A DNA stretch of 63,977 nucleotides, the filler included, from Intoshia linei (lineage: Eukaryota > Animalia > Orthonectida), in NCBI GenBank assembly GCA_001642005.1. It is 6 parts of 6 records of this genome, joined end to end, with 100 filler letters (N's around TTAATTAATTAA, not from the genome) between each part and the next. Parts side by side here need not be neighbours in the genome. Positions count along the whole stretch, not along the records: positions 1 to 16,485 come from LWCA01000860.1; positions 16,586 to 33,944 come from LWCA01000804.1; 4 more parts are not named here. One strand, written 5' to 3'. Every line of letters begins with the position of its first letter. The stretch's first letter is position 1. Of this stretch, positions 10,473 through 23,100 are shown piece by piece. Made by a program: the position numbers and the translations under genes. Below the pieces are notes generated by a model. It did not search any database and was not told the DNA's origin. It was given only the letters and a program-made list of their open reading frames with translations.

Positions 10473-13400
10473 CTAAAATTGACAATTATAAGCCCGTGTA
10501 TTATATGAATAAAAATAACCTAAAGATTCAACCAAAGTGCTGTATTGTTCTGGAGAAACGTTTTTATTTTCATCATTTTGAAATTGAGCCAAAATTTGAA
10601 TAATCTCACGACATTTATTTCCTGGAATAAAAATAAAAATGCTAGTTTGCATATAAACGGCAATAATAGTACAAAGATGCAAAAGGTGCGTTAATTCAGA
10701 AGAATATTTGATATCGTCATTTAAATTAATTTTAATTTGTTCCTCAAACTGGCCATCAAATATAATTTTATTCAAAGAAGGTAATTTAATGTGCATTTCT
10801 CTTTTTTCCCAACAAAAATCGGAAAATTGAGTAATAAAATCTGAAACAGTGAAAGTGTCAACTAAACAGTTTAAATCAAATAAATTTTGATAAATGTCTA
10901 AATTGACGAGTTTCTGAATTAAAATTTTTCTGACATCCATAGTCATATCAACTGAAGGGATGGGTTTAACGGAACCAGGTATTTTCATTTGCAAAAATTT
11001 CATGACAATGAGGTTGATTAATTTGGATGAAAAAGTTTTTGACAACAAATTGAGTAAATTTTCTTGTAAATTAAAATGCTGAGAAAAAGGAGCATCCTGG
11101 AAAAGTTTTTTTAAATTGTTATAATAAAACAATAAATTATTCCAATGAACCAATAATTGAGCTTGTAAAGTAGAAATTGAATCCTTTTTTTCCGTTTCCA
11201 GTTTAATAACAATAAACTGGGCAAGTAACTTGTTTAAATCATCCCGTAAATAACTAAAACATTTTTCAAAAACAACGTTTCTCGTATTGGAATCTTGAAA
11301 TTTAAAAAATTTGTTTTCTCGAAAAAAAAATTGAAATTTTGACTTATCGATAGAAATTTCCTTTTTACTCAAATTTTGTTTTTTTGATTTTATGGGTTTA
11401 GTCATTAACGTAAAATTGTCCACATTAGTTTGTTTTCGTTTCAGGTGCACTTCAAATTCAGATAAAATTGAGTCTAGATAATTATAAAAATGTTTTGAAT
11501 AGAAAATCATTTCCAGTTCATCCAACATAGTATTGTTACTCTTTTGATTTTTCAACTCGTTCTTCAATTGGTCATTGAATATCTGATGGCACATGTTAGA
11601 AATCATGGGGGGATATAGTCCTTCTAAAAGTAAAACTTTTTCATCAGTTTTTAAAACAGTGTCGACAAATTCATTGACAATTTTTTTTGAAATAATTGCA
11701 TCATTTTTTATAATGATGGTTTTGTTTTTTTTATAATTTGTACCAAACAATTTTTTCAAGACACTAGTTTTATCAAATTTACAATTTGATAAATTCAAAA
11801 ATGAAAAACTATTGTAATCTGTTGTATATTCTGTAATTTCATTCTGGATATAAGAATTTGTAATCCATTTCCCATTGTATACTGTTCCAAATATTTTACC
11901 ATTTTTTATCAATTTAATTAATAAACTATTTACCTTTGAAATTGGGATATCCAGTCGATCGGAAATATCACTAATGTCAATTGGTTTTACTATCAAAAAA
12001 ATTGCCCCATAAACGCTGGCTTCCAATTCCAGCATGTACTGGTTAGAATATAATGTACTTTTTACTTCGTCCAAATATATGTAGCTCATTTTATATACAT
12101 AATTAGAAATTATGTAATCACAATAATTCCTCGATATTTGTAAATTTCGACAAACTTCAACTATGCTTATTGTACCTCTCGATTGAATTATTTTTTTCAA
12201 TTTTTCAAGTATTTTTATGGTGTGATCTATCGTAAATAATTCTCTAATCACTAATTTATAATCAATCGAATTTTTTTCCAGTAATAATCTTATACCACCA
12301 TCTAGTGTTTTTAAAGATATATTTAAAATATCTGATAAGTTTTCCAATGTCATTATACCATTAAATTTCAATTCATTTTTTATTCTTTTACAAATTTCGT
12401 TCAGAGTGTATACATATTTTCCATCTTTGCTTTTGTAAAAGTCCAAAATATTTTTTTCTTTTAGTTGTTGCAAAATTTCGACAATTACTCGCTCATTTAA
12501 TCTAAATTTATTCTATTATAATACAGTCGTACTCCCCTATAGTGAACAAAATGTGGAATTTTAAATTTCTGTTCACTATCAGAGTATAGTGAACCAAAAA
12601 ATCTTAAAAAATGGTTTATATGGTATTTCGACGAACGACGAGCGAAGCAATGAATGGACACTAATAAGTCAATGAAAAAGATACTAACCAAAAAAAAAGA
12701 CTGAGATAATTAATACTTTATTATTTATTGTATTATTTTCTTATGCGTGCTCCTAAGCAAATCATCATTAGGGGTAAAATTTTGTTCACTATTCGCTATA
12801 GAGCGGGGGTGTCAGACTCAATTTGCTTTGCTGATCAAATTTAAAAAAAATTATTACTCAAAACCATTACTACAGAGTTGTACACTGATGTATACATTTT
12901 GGCTCATCTATACATGCACTTTTGGAATTTTAAGATTTTTTTTTAACCAAACCCTTGAAGGGGAATTTTTAGATTATTTTTAATTGTAATTGATATTAGT
13001 AGCTTACAATAGTTGTCTGTATAATTTGGCAATACAATTAAATACAACTATAATTAATTCTGATCTTCTAATGATCAATTATTATCGTCATTCACAATCG
13101 TTTATCGAGCAGGCTAAAGCAAGACAACCCTTTTTGTAAAGTAAATATTGAATACATGTATACATAAATTGTACAATGTACAATGTAAATTAGAGCTATT
13201 CCATTTTTCTAATATAAAAATAACATATATAGAAAATGAGCGCCGTTTAATTTGTTACAGAATGATATTATCAGTTTTAATTTTTATCCAAAAAAACCCC
13301 CGCGTCTTGAAGTTTACAGTTTATGATTTCTGTTGTTGCTGCCTAAGGGAAACTGCCTTAAAACCTATAAAATTTTGAGGAAATTTCAATTAAATCCCAA

Positions 13401-13734
13401 TTTAATGTTTGGGGAAACCACCTTAAATTGTGACAATAAAAAATCCGGGGCAAGTAAACAATAAGTATATTTTTAACTTTTCCAACAATGAACGACAATT
13501 ATGCCGTGCATAAGTTACGAATCATAACCAAATAAAATATTTACAATGTGTATGAGCGGCAAATGAACATTTTTGGTTAACTCGAACGGATACAAGTTGG
13601 AAAATATCGATGCCTGCAGGTCAACTGAGAACAATATTGATATATTATACATCTTACGTTTTTTTGTAATTTTTTTTATTTTGCAAATCTTTCAATTGAG
13701 TCGATAGCAATTTGATTTCATCCCAAGCAGACAT
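10473..13734 (-). CDS. UFL1: E3 UFM1-protein ligase 1
   Basis: Exon 13734-13658 MSAWDEIKLLSTQLKDLQ splices in frame to a ~2-kb exon from 12501: LNERVIVEILQQL..SKDGKYVYT..IKNEL..G, matching the UFL1 N-terminus; C-terminal LLHLC..FIPG; exact 3' end uncertain. Confidence 0.85.
12524..12820. mobile_element. Pogo-like MITE in the UFL1 intron
   Basis: TA|CAGTCGTACTCCCCTATAGTGAAC start; degenerate inverted GTTCACTAT..CTATAGAGCGGGG at the other end. Confidence 0.4.
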
Positions 13735-13971
13735 TTATTTATATTTTTTAGTATAACGATAAATTTATTTAATTTCTCCAAAGTAATGTTCATTTTGTAT
13801 TTTTTAGTTTGTTAAATATTCGAGTTATTATCAACACTGTTGATTCAACAGATTGGACGTACAACTTAGTTATGTTTACGAGACATTGTAATTGATGATT
13901 TTTCAGTCTATTTCAAGCTTGTAATCTGTTAAGCCAGGGTAGTTAGACGAAATTTGGAGTGAAAACCACCC

Positions 13972-14060
13972 TGAAAATTCAATAGTATCGTTCAAATTCC
14001 ACACTACAATGCAATCTGAAAATTCCATAGTATCGTTCAATTTCCAGATTACAATGAAAT
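13972..14060 (+). repeat. Two-copy ~45-bp tandem duplication
   Basis: TGAAAATTC(A/C)ATAGTATCGTTCAA(A/T)TTCCA..TACAATG repeated. Confidence 0.7.
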
Positions 14061-14263
14061 GGTTGACTTTATTGATAACATGGACCCATGAAATATTGCA
14101 TAATTATGCAATCCATTTATTTATTTGTTGCACTGCATATGCCATATGTAGTGAAAAATTGTCAGAATTAATAATATAAAACATTATTATAATGTTAAGT
14201 AGCATACCTTATATTTAGTCAAAATTAAAAAAAAGCAATTTTTCGAAACGTTTAAAAATTATT

Positions 14264-15730
14264 TTAATTAATCAAAGGAACTACATCAAATATGTCTAAT
14301 TTTTTTCTAGAGTTCATGCATAAATCATATTTTAAAATAGAATCGTTTTTGCAAGCAATTTCTTTTTCAATTCGTTGATGCAAAGTATTTAATTTTTGCA
14401 ACATTTTTCTAAATTGATTAATTATTATATATCAAACAACGTATAAAGTATAACATGACATTAACTTGACTAAAGAGACATTGGGTAGCCTAGAAAAAAA
14501 TGTAAATGATCATTACCATAATCTTACCTTCAATTAGATCAGAAACCGCTACATCTTAAAATCAATCTCTGGTAAGTTTATTATTGACAAAAAACGGGGC
14601 TTATTATTAAATTTTAACCTTGTACCCGAGAATGTCTTCAATGTCGACATTCAATGTGTCAAAAATATTAAAAACGTACTGAGATTTAGAAAATTCATCC
14701 AACAATTTCTCAACAGCACTTTCAAGTACGACTAATTCGTCATTTAATGAATACTGAGCGTCATCCCGACAAAGTTCACGGTTTGGTCGAAATTTCCGAT
14801 TTTCCAATCGGGTATGTACAAGTTTTCTATAATTCCGTTTTTCATTGATGGTTTTTTCAAGAAATTCATTGGCACATTTTTGTTTATTCAATTCAATCAA
14901 ACACTAATTTTATCAATAAAAATATTAAATCTGATTCTCACGTAAATTAAAATTAATTGAAAAGTAAATACAGTACCTGATTTCTCTTCCAAGTTAACTC
15001 ATCTACAGCTTCCTTAAATTGTTGCATACGTTTTCTGAATTCATAATTGGTTTTGACATCAATGGATTTAATACAGCTGATAAAATGATGTGCGTTCATA
15101 ATAATATATTCTCTAAGATCAATAGATTCTTTAATAATTGCATTTGCTGAATCAATTATTTTGATGGAAAAATCGAACCATTCTTGCGGGTTGTTTGAAC
15201 TGGATTGAAATAAAAAATGTATGAAAAAACCATATAAATTATTTTAAAATATGATTAATAATTACCCGTCTATTACGGCTGTGGGGTCAACTTTAAGTGT
15301 AATGTCTTTAGAATTTATATTTTTGTGATATTGATTAGTGTCTATAGAAAGACAGACCTTTTTATCTTGACAATTATTTGAAATTGTGTTTATAATTTCT
15401 TTGAGTTGGCAGCTCTTTACGAAACATTTATGGATCGAATCTTGCAATTTTTCTTTAGCTGTGTTCAAGTAATCAAATTCCTAATTTAGTTAACATGTAC
15501 ATTGAATTAGTATGGACAAACCCTTTTTAATTGATAAAAAACATCATCGCATACTAAATCATAATCTTTTAGTGAATTGACGACAAGAAAATTTTCCAAA
15601 TTTATTTGTAGTGGTAAACGAAGAGATTCTTGGCATTTCTCCAAATAGTTTTTTACACTTTTCAGTTTTTCATCTTCTTGTTTGACTTGGTTGTTTGTCT
15701 GCAGCAATAAATTGTGTAATCTTTCCACGT
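14264..15730 (-). CDS. TEKT2: Tektin, tektin-2-like (5' exon not identified)
   Basis: Five exons including ITLKVDPTAVIDG, QEWFDFS, FRKR, tektin motif HTRLENRKFRPNRELCRDDAQYSL and IACKNDSILKYDLCMNSRKKL. Confidence 0.88.
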
Positions 15731-16241
15731 CTAATCAATTTTATTATTTTTTAAAATTAATAGTCCATTATTCCAATAGTGCTAGTGTAATATACAGGAC
15801 GACCGAACTGGACCATGTCATTATAAAATGAAGAAAATTTAAAATTTATATTTGTTTAAATTTATATCTACTTAAATCTAATATTTATTATTATTAAAAA
15901 TCAAAATTTACCAACCCTTAAGTGAAAAATCCAGTTTTAATAAACCTAAAAGGTAAAATCCAGTTTTATCATGTATAAAAGAAAAAATTCAATTTTACCG
16001 AATTGCAGAGTATCCCATAAAAACTGAGTACCACAAACAGAACAAAGTGAAGTTATAAAATAAAATGATTATACTCGATAATTATCGATAAACAGATGTT
16101 ATAACCACTTTATGACTTACTCAAACTAGTGATGAATCAAATAAAAATTAAAGAAAATGTATTTATTATGTATGATAATTTACTTAATTTAATAATTTAA
16201 TTTCTCTATTTAAAATATTTGATATACATTTTTGCAGAATA

Positions 16242-16485
16242 TCCTTACTTATATAATATGTTATGCAATATTTATTTGTGTGTGTGTGTTACCGTTTATT
16301 TCAATAACTACCAGTCTTAAATTTTTATAAAGTGTTAAACAATTACAGTTTTTTCCGGGACGTATAATAAGATAAATTTCAACTTCCCAAACTCACATCT
16401 TACGAGTCAAAAACCCCAATTGACTTCATTATTGAAAATCAAACGAGTTGGAGAATTTAAAAAAATATATACGCTGATACGCATT
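16242..16485 (+). mobile_element. Helitron family 5' end, truncated by a scaffold gap
   Basis: A|TCCTTACTTATATAATATG..GTGTGTGTGTTACCG, nearly identical to 5111 onward. Confidence 0.85.
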
Positions 16486-16585
16486 NNNNNNNNNNNNNNN
16501 NNNNNNNNNNNNNNNNNNNNNNNNNNNNNTTAATTAATTAANNNNNNNNNNNNNNNNNNNNNNNNNNNNNNNNNNNNNNNNNNNN
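16486..16585. other. Scaffold gap with artificial TTAATTAATTAA spacer (also 33945-34044, 56809-56908, 59924-60023, 61751-61850)
   Basis: The same 44N-TTAATTAATTAA-44N construct occurs five times. Confidence 0.97.
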
Positions 16586-17141
16586 AATTGATCAACGCTG
16601 AGTCATTAATGAGTATTTTTCAGAATTAGTCATCGGATTTTCATTTTTTTTAAATTACATCTAATCTACTTGGTATGTTTTTGAATTTATTAAAAAAAAT
16701 ATTTGATGTGACACCCTAACGTACATTGTACATGAACTAGATATAATTAAAATGTTTAAGTAAATAATATTATTAATAAGTAAGTCAAACCAAATATTGC
16801 GAGTCTTCGAATATCATTTTATTTGAATATATTGAAAAATAGGTCTATTCTAAACGAATACAATGAAAAACTAGTAAAATGTTACGGTTATAATTGGAAT
16901 TTTGTTTATGTTTACGTGTATCTACGTGAATTCAAATATTATGATTGTAATTTTTTGGTGACTACAACTGTTTATTTATTATTTTTTAGGTTAAACATAA
17001 TAAAAAAAATCAAAAGTAAAACAAGTGTAATTCATTGGCGAGTTATTGAAACATTTAATTCAATGTTACAATTATTTAAACACTTTTGCCATTACACTTG
17101 ATCATCATACACATTTGACTTTACTCATAAACTAAACCAAA

Positions 17142-20100
17142 ATGACATCACAAAGCGTCATGTCTGAACTTATTCAACATAAAAGTATATATAAATTTAC
17201 ATTTAGTATTAATCACTAATAGTTTAATCCAAGCTTTTTTTTATTTTGAAACTTGACCAATACTTTTAGTGGATAAATATGATAATTCAGAAGAACGGAT
17301 AAAAATACCATGCACAGATTTAGCAAAGTATAATTATCAAGGATACCCTCTACATTCCATGCTAAACTCTAGAAAACCTATTTTAGCAAAATCTCCTACT
17401 CAATCTTTAAAAGATGAAACACCATATTTTCCTTTTAAAGGAAAATTGAGAGGTTGACTTGAAAGATATTTGACCATTCAATTTAATAAATTAATTTAGT
17501 GGAACAATATAGAAATGATAAAGGACCTAATTTAGGATTTGGAACAAGGTACAATCAGGACATACAACTAAAAAGAGTCGCTTTTAGAGATAAAAATACG
17601 TACAAATTACTTTTAAATTGATCTAAATTTAAGTTATAATATTTTAATTTTTTTCTATATTTAATTATGTTTCTAAATTTTTTACAATATTTCATAAAAA
17701 ATACAATTATAACTCTAGCTTTTAAATTTTTATTTAATATTAGTGCCATTATAAGATCTATTATCAAAATTGTCTATTTTATTTATATTCTTTTAATTTT
17801 ATTATTCTTAGATCCGAAAAAATAAAAAACGTTATAGACAAGCAATTGGAATCTGAAAAAATGTTAAAAGAATTCAAAACTGAAAAATTAAAAAAAATGC
17901 AAGAAATTGAAGAAACTAAAAGAAAGGTTTAGATTTGATCAAATTTCATTAAGTAAATATTAGGACTTGGAAATGTTAAAAGACTACAATCCATGGGGAA
18001 AACCTGGAGGTGGAGCTCCAAGTGAAAAAGTATAAATCTTATGATATAACATTCAATTACTCATAAGTGTATTGTAACTAAGTTAGTGATAGCCACAAGC
18101 TTTTATATATCTCTTTCAACGTCATAAATGCTTGAAGTTATCATTTCGTACTTGTACTCAAACGGAACCGTACAAACAATGTATATTAAAAATGTTTCTA
18201 AACACGATTTTTGTTTCTCGTACTTTAAGTAATCAAATTACAATCTTGAAAATGTTAACCAAAAAGTACCCCTAAGACGCATCTATAGAATATATAGAAT
18301 ATATTTAAGATAACAATCAAAAAGTATATTTTTAAGGTCATACTAATTTACATTGATTATTTAAATGTTTCTCTATTTCTTGTACATAATTTATAATGCG
18401 TTAGCGTAAATTAGTTTTTTTTTAGAAGGCATACTTTTAAAATGTCTAAAAGGCGTAATTATTCTTTTGCATCAAATTCATCTATGTCAGCAAGTATTAA
18501 TGGCTATCTACTCAGTTAAAAAATTTCGAACATATTAAGAAATATATATTCAACCGTTGTTTTTAAATAATTAGAGCATGATTGTATATCTGCCATATAG
18601 TAAAAAAATCAAAATTGGTTCAGTTTTATGTCTGTAAAAGGCATTTTAGTTAGCAAAAATATTAACATTATAAAAAAATAAATAAAGTCCCAAAAATTTC
18701 CTAAAAAAAGTGAACCTTCGTCGCCCAGTTAAATTGCAAAATTGTGTGGTAATATTCGAGATACTCTCTTAACAGCACCAATAATTACGATACTGAAATA
18801 TACTTTTCAATTTTTTAAAAAAATGTTTTTTTGAGACACCCTATCATACATGTATGTATTTTGATGAATTATCGAGAAATTTTTTAATTTCATGGTGCGG
18901 CCTCATCAATTTAAAATTATTTTAAATTATTTAAATTTTTGGCCAGATATGTGAAATTGGTTCCCCACCCTGCTTATTATTTTTGTTTATCTATTGATTG
19001 TATCCTTAATTATCCACTTAAAATTATTAATTCATTTTTTTAGAATAATTTTAAAAAAAAGAAATTTATGGAGCTCGATTTAATCAATAATAGTGCTTAT
19101 TTAATTGATCAAAATCTATCTGATCCTGTAAATATAATTTTTCACTAATAATTATAATTAATGCAACGTAATATCCCACTAATCCAAGGGTGCCAAAAGG
19201 ATTAAAAATTAAGCTGATTTCGTTACCAGTTATAAAAAAAAAGAATTTATTTTTTTCTGAAATAATGATACATTTCACCAATAATTCACCACCCTAAAAT
19301 TACACTAAATTTACTTGTTGTAACTGTTTTTTTGAACCTAAAATTTTGATTATATTTTTAAATCACAGAGTAATGGTTAACTTAATGATTTTTAAACTTT
19401 TAAAAAAGTTAAATTGATTGGAAAATGTATGAATAAATGTAACTAATTATTACTAATGGATAACATGTATTAGGAATATGGAACCTTTCAGGATAATTTC
19501 AATAAACCAGGTAATGGAGCTCCATTGCGATCAGAATCAGGAAAATTAATTAGTGAAATCAAAAGCAATAATGACATTAAATACGGAAATGCAACTCATT
19601 CTAATAATAAGCAAATCAATTTTATTAATACTAAATTAGATATGGATAAAAGAAATGCATATTACAATGATCTAAGTATTTCATTTATACAATTATGGAT
19701 TTGAATTTATAATTTAAACTTTAAACAGTTAAATGTGTATTATTTAGCATTAATTTAAATAATATATAGTTAATAAAATATTAATATAAATTATATACAT
19801 TACTAACAAGTTTTTGTAATGCTATTTGAATATTTGCAATTAGTATCATGTATTATGAAGAGTATTTGCAATTATTTTTGAAAATTCACAATATCAGTAT
19901 TTAGTGCATCATCATTAAAATTTATATACATTTTTTATATCATTATAATAGCTTATATAAAATGTGTAAATATTTTACATACTTTTTAATAAATATATAA
20001 TTCTTAGATGCTCAAATTTACAGACGAAGTTTACGTCAGCAAAACAAAAAAATTGATGATTTAAAAAAGGAAATTGAAGTTGTATGTATTACTATTTATT

Positions 20101-23100
20101 TTTTGCATAAATCTGTATGAAAACATAAACATTTTAGCTTCAATCAAACCCATTCGGTGGCATTCAGACAATAAAAAATGAAACATGTCAAAATAATGAA
20201 CCAGTAATTTTATATTCATACAATTTAAATAAATAGTATTCATAATTATTCTTACATGTATTAATAAATAAATTTATTAAATATACATCAAATGTATATA
20301 TCAAATTATTTTAGTATGAATATGATTATGATCCATGGGGTAAAGGATATGGAAATAAGGTTGTTGATAAATGTGGTAATCCTGTTCGACGCACAAATTC
20401 TCTAGATTTTACAAGGCATGCAGCATTGAATGTACCACTTAGTATTCAAGATGGAATAGGTAACTTAATTACTTTTTAAGTAATTTAAAATTATTTGATC
20501 ATACTTTTAAATTTAATTTAGAAGTATGTAAGAATAATAAAATTGAAAAACAGGTTAATATTTTTTATCCAAAATTATTAATTTATTTTCTTTTAGATGG
20601 CAAAACCAATAAATAGAATTGGAAAAGTATTAAACGATAACATAAATAGTGAGTATTAATATTTCATTTACAATTGGATAATTATAATTAATTATACATC
20701 CTTATTCTTACTTTGTACTCTCTTTGTCTGTGTGTCTGTTTGTTTGTCTGTATATTATCGTTTATTTCAGTAACTTAGAATTTTAAAAATTCCACATTTC
20801 TATAAGAGTTTTTTCCGGGTGTGAAAGTAACATAAATTTCAATCTCAAAAACTCACATCTTACAGGTCAAAAACCCCCATTATCCTTTTTTTTGAAAATC
20901 AAACGAGTTCTAGAATTTAAAAAAATATAAATTCTGATACAGATTTTAAAATCATAAATTTAAATTTAAAAAAAATTTCTTCAGGCCAAAATTTAAAAAG
21001 TTTATAAAAAAACAATTGTTATCTCATTGTTATAATTTATTAGACATAATGTGTGTAATATTAAAAATAAAGAAAAACAGTCCAACCCTAAAAATTATCA
21101 TAAATTCCAAAAAAAATAAAATTATAAAAACCTATTTTGTCATTTTCAATGTTATAATATATATTCAGTACCAATTATGTATCAATAATTAACGTATTTC
21201 AAAGTATCAAAGTTATGATAACATTTATTATTTTAAAATTCGTATCAGAGTGTATATTTTTTTAAGTTTTCGAACTCGTTTGATTTTCAAAAAAAGGACA
21301 ATTGGGCTTTTTGAACCGTAAAATATGAGTTTGGGATGTTTGAATTTATTTTGCTAACACCCCCAGAAAAAACTGTAATTGAAATGTGGACTTTATAAAA
21401 TTCTAAGAATGGTAGATATTGAAATAAACGATAACACACACAGAGAAACAAGGAATATTATGTAAGTAAGGATTACATACATTTATCATAAATGTGCTAA
21501 TTATGTCATAAATATAAGTAATATCATTATGTATGAATATACATTTATTAAATATATATTAGAAGTATCCGGTGGTTCAGGTGAGCCCATACGATCAGAA
21601 AATGGTCAAGTAATTTCCAGAATTGGTTGCACACTAGATAAATCAAAAGATGGAAAGTGTAATATTTAATAATTATTATAATGTAGTAAGGTATATACAA
21701 TATGGTAATATGTATTGATTCATTAATTATTGCAATTAATAATAAAAAATACACAATTCTACAATAATCTATATTAACCATAAAAAAATTTATTAAAAAT
21801 AAAATGATAGGGTAAAGAATACGTTTTACATTTCAGTCATTTTTTTCTTGGATCATTTAGAAACTGCTACACATGTATAATATATATAATATACATTGTA
21901 TATAGAAAAAATACCAAAATAGAAATAGTCGTTTTAGATATTTTTCGTTCCAATTTACCCAAAGTTATTATATTATTCTAAACGTGGTGCATATTTTTAC
22001 TCTTACATCTTTTTTTGTAAACACAATATAATACATTGTATTATATTGTATAATGACATTACATCCAAACATAATACAATATGTAACCATAATAAATTCT
22101 GTAAAATTTTTTTTTGACTAAATTTGAATTTTCTAAAAAAAGCTTTTTAAAATATTCCTAAAAATTCTGAAATTTTAAGATACAAGATGTAATGACTGCA
22201 TTGCAATAAAAATGCAAGTAATTTTGCCGTCATTATGATAATTTATGATAATCAGGAATTATCTTTTATATTTGAATATATTTATAGATCAGTGTATCGA
22301 TGAAAAAATTAATGAAAAAATTAACATATTTCCTGAAAATGAAAGTTTTGATAAAGATAAACATTTATGCTATTTTCCATGGGGTACCCCTGGTTCTGGT
22401 GCTCCCATAAAAGACGAAAATGGAAAGATTAATCCAAAATTTAAAGGAAATTTAAATTTTTATGATGTAATTTTTTAAATTATTTAAATAGATTCAACCT
22501 GTAAAATAAGAAAATTATAAAATTACGTGACGATTTCTAATAAATTTTGCCATGTATTATAATTTGAAACTAAAACTGACGAAAATCAAAACTAAGCCCT
22601 AATCAATTAAATATAGATTTAGTATGCCAGTGAAAAAGGTGGCTTAATCGTTGTCGTGTATAAATATCCTATAAACCTACCGTACCCGAGAAATCTTTTC
22701 ATGGAGGGGAGTACTCGACTACATATGTAAAATGGGTCCTTATTTTTCCAAACTGAGGATTAAAAAATGAATGATGCCAAATTTAAAAAAATCCAAGTTT
22801 ACGCATTTTTCATACAATACGTAGCAAGACCGTGGAGGGAGGTTAGGGTATGTAACAAGTCTACTATTCTAAATAAATATGTAAGTTATAAAACATTTTC
22901 GAAAGGTAGCAGCAATTTTTTGTTTCACCAGGGGGACACTAAAAAAAGTTTGATAAACGTTGGTTTAAACTTTAAATAATGAATGAAGGAACCAAAAAGA
23001 CTTTTTAATTTGTATATATAATTTTTATCTGATTGTGTCCACTGTTGATTTTCATGGATATTACAGATAATCACAGATAAAATTAGAAATGGGTGGTATC

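Noticed and set aside
16530-16541. TTAATTAATTAA palindrome recurring five times
   Set aside because: Always centred in 44+44 N runs; a scaffolding linker, not biology
16900-17141. RFX X-box between the tektin and the GAP-motif gene
   Set aside because: Only weak half-site resemblance; no convincing GTTNCC-N-RGYAAC match seen
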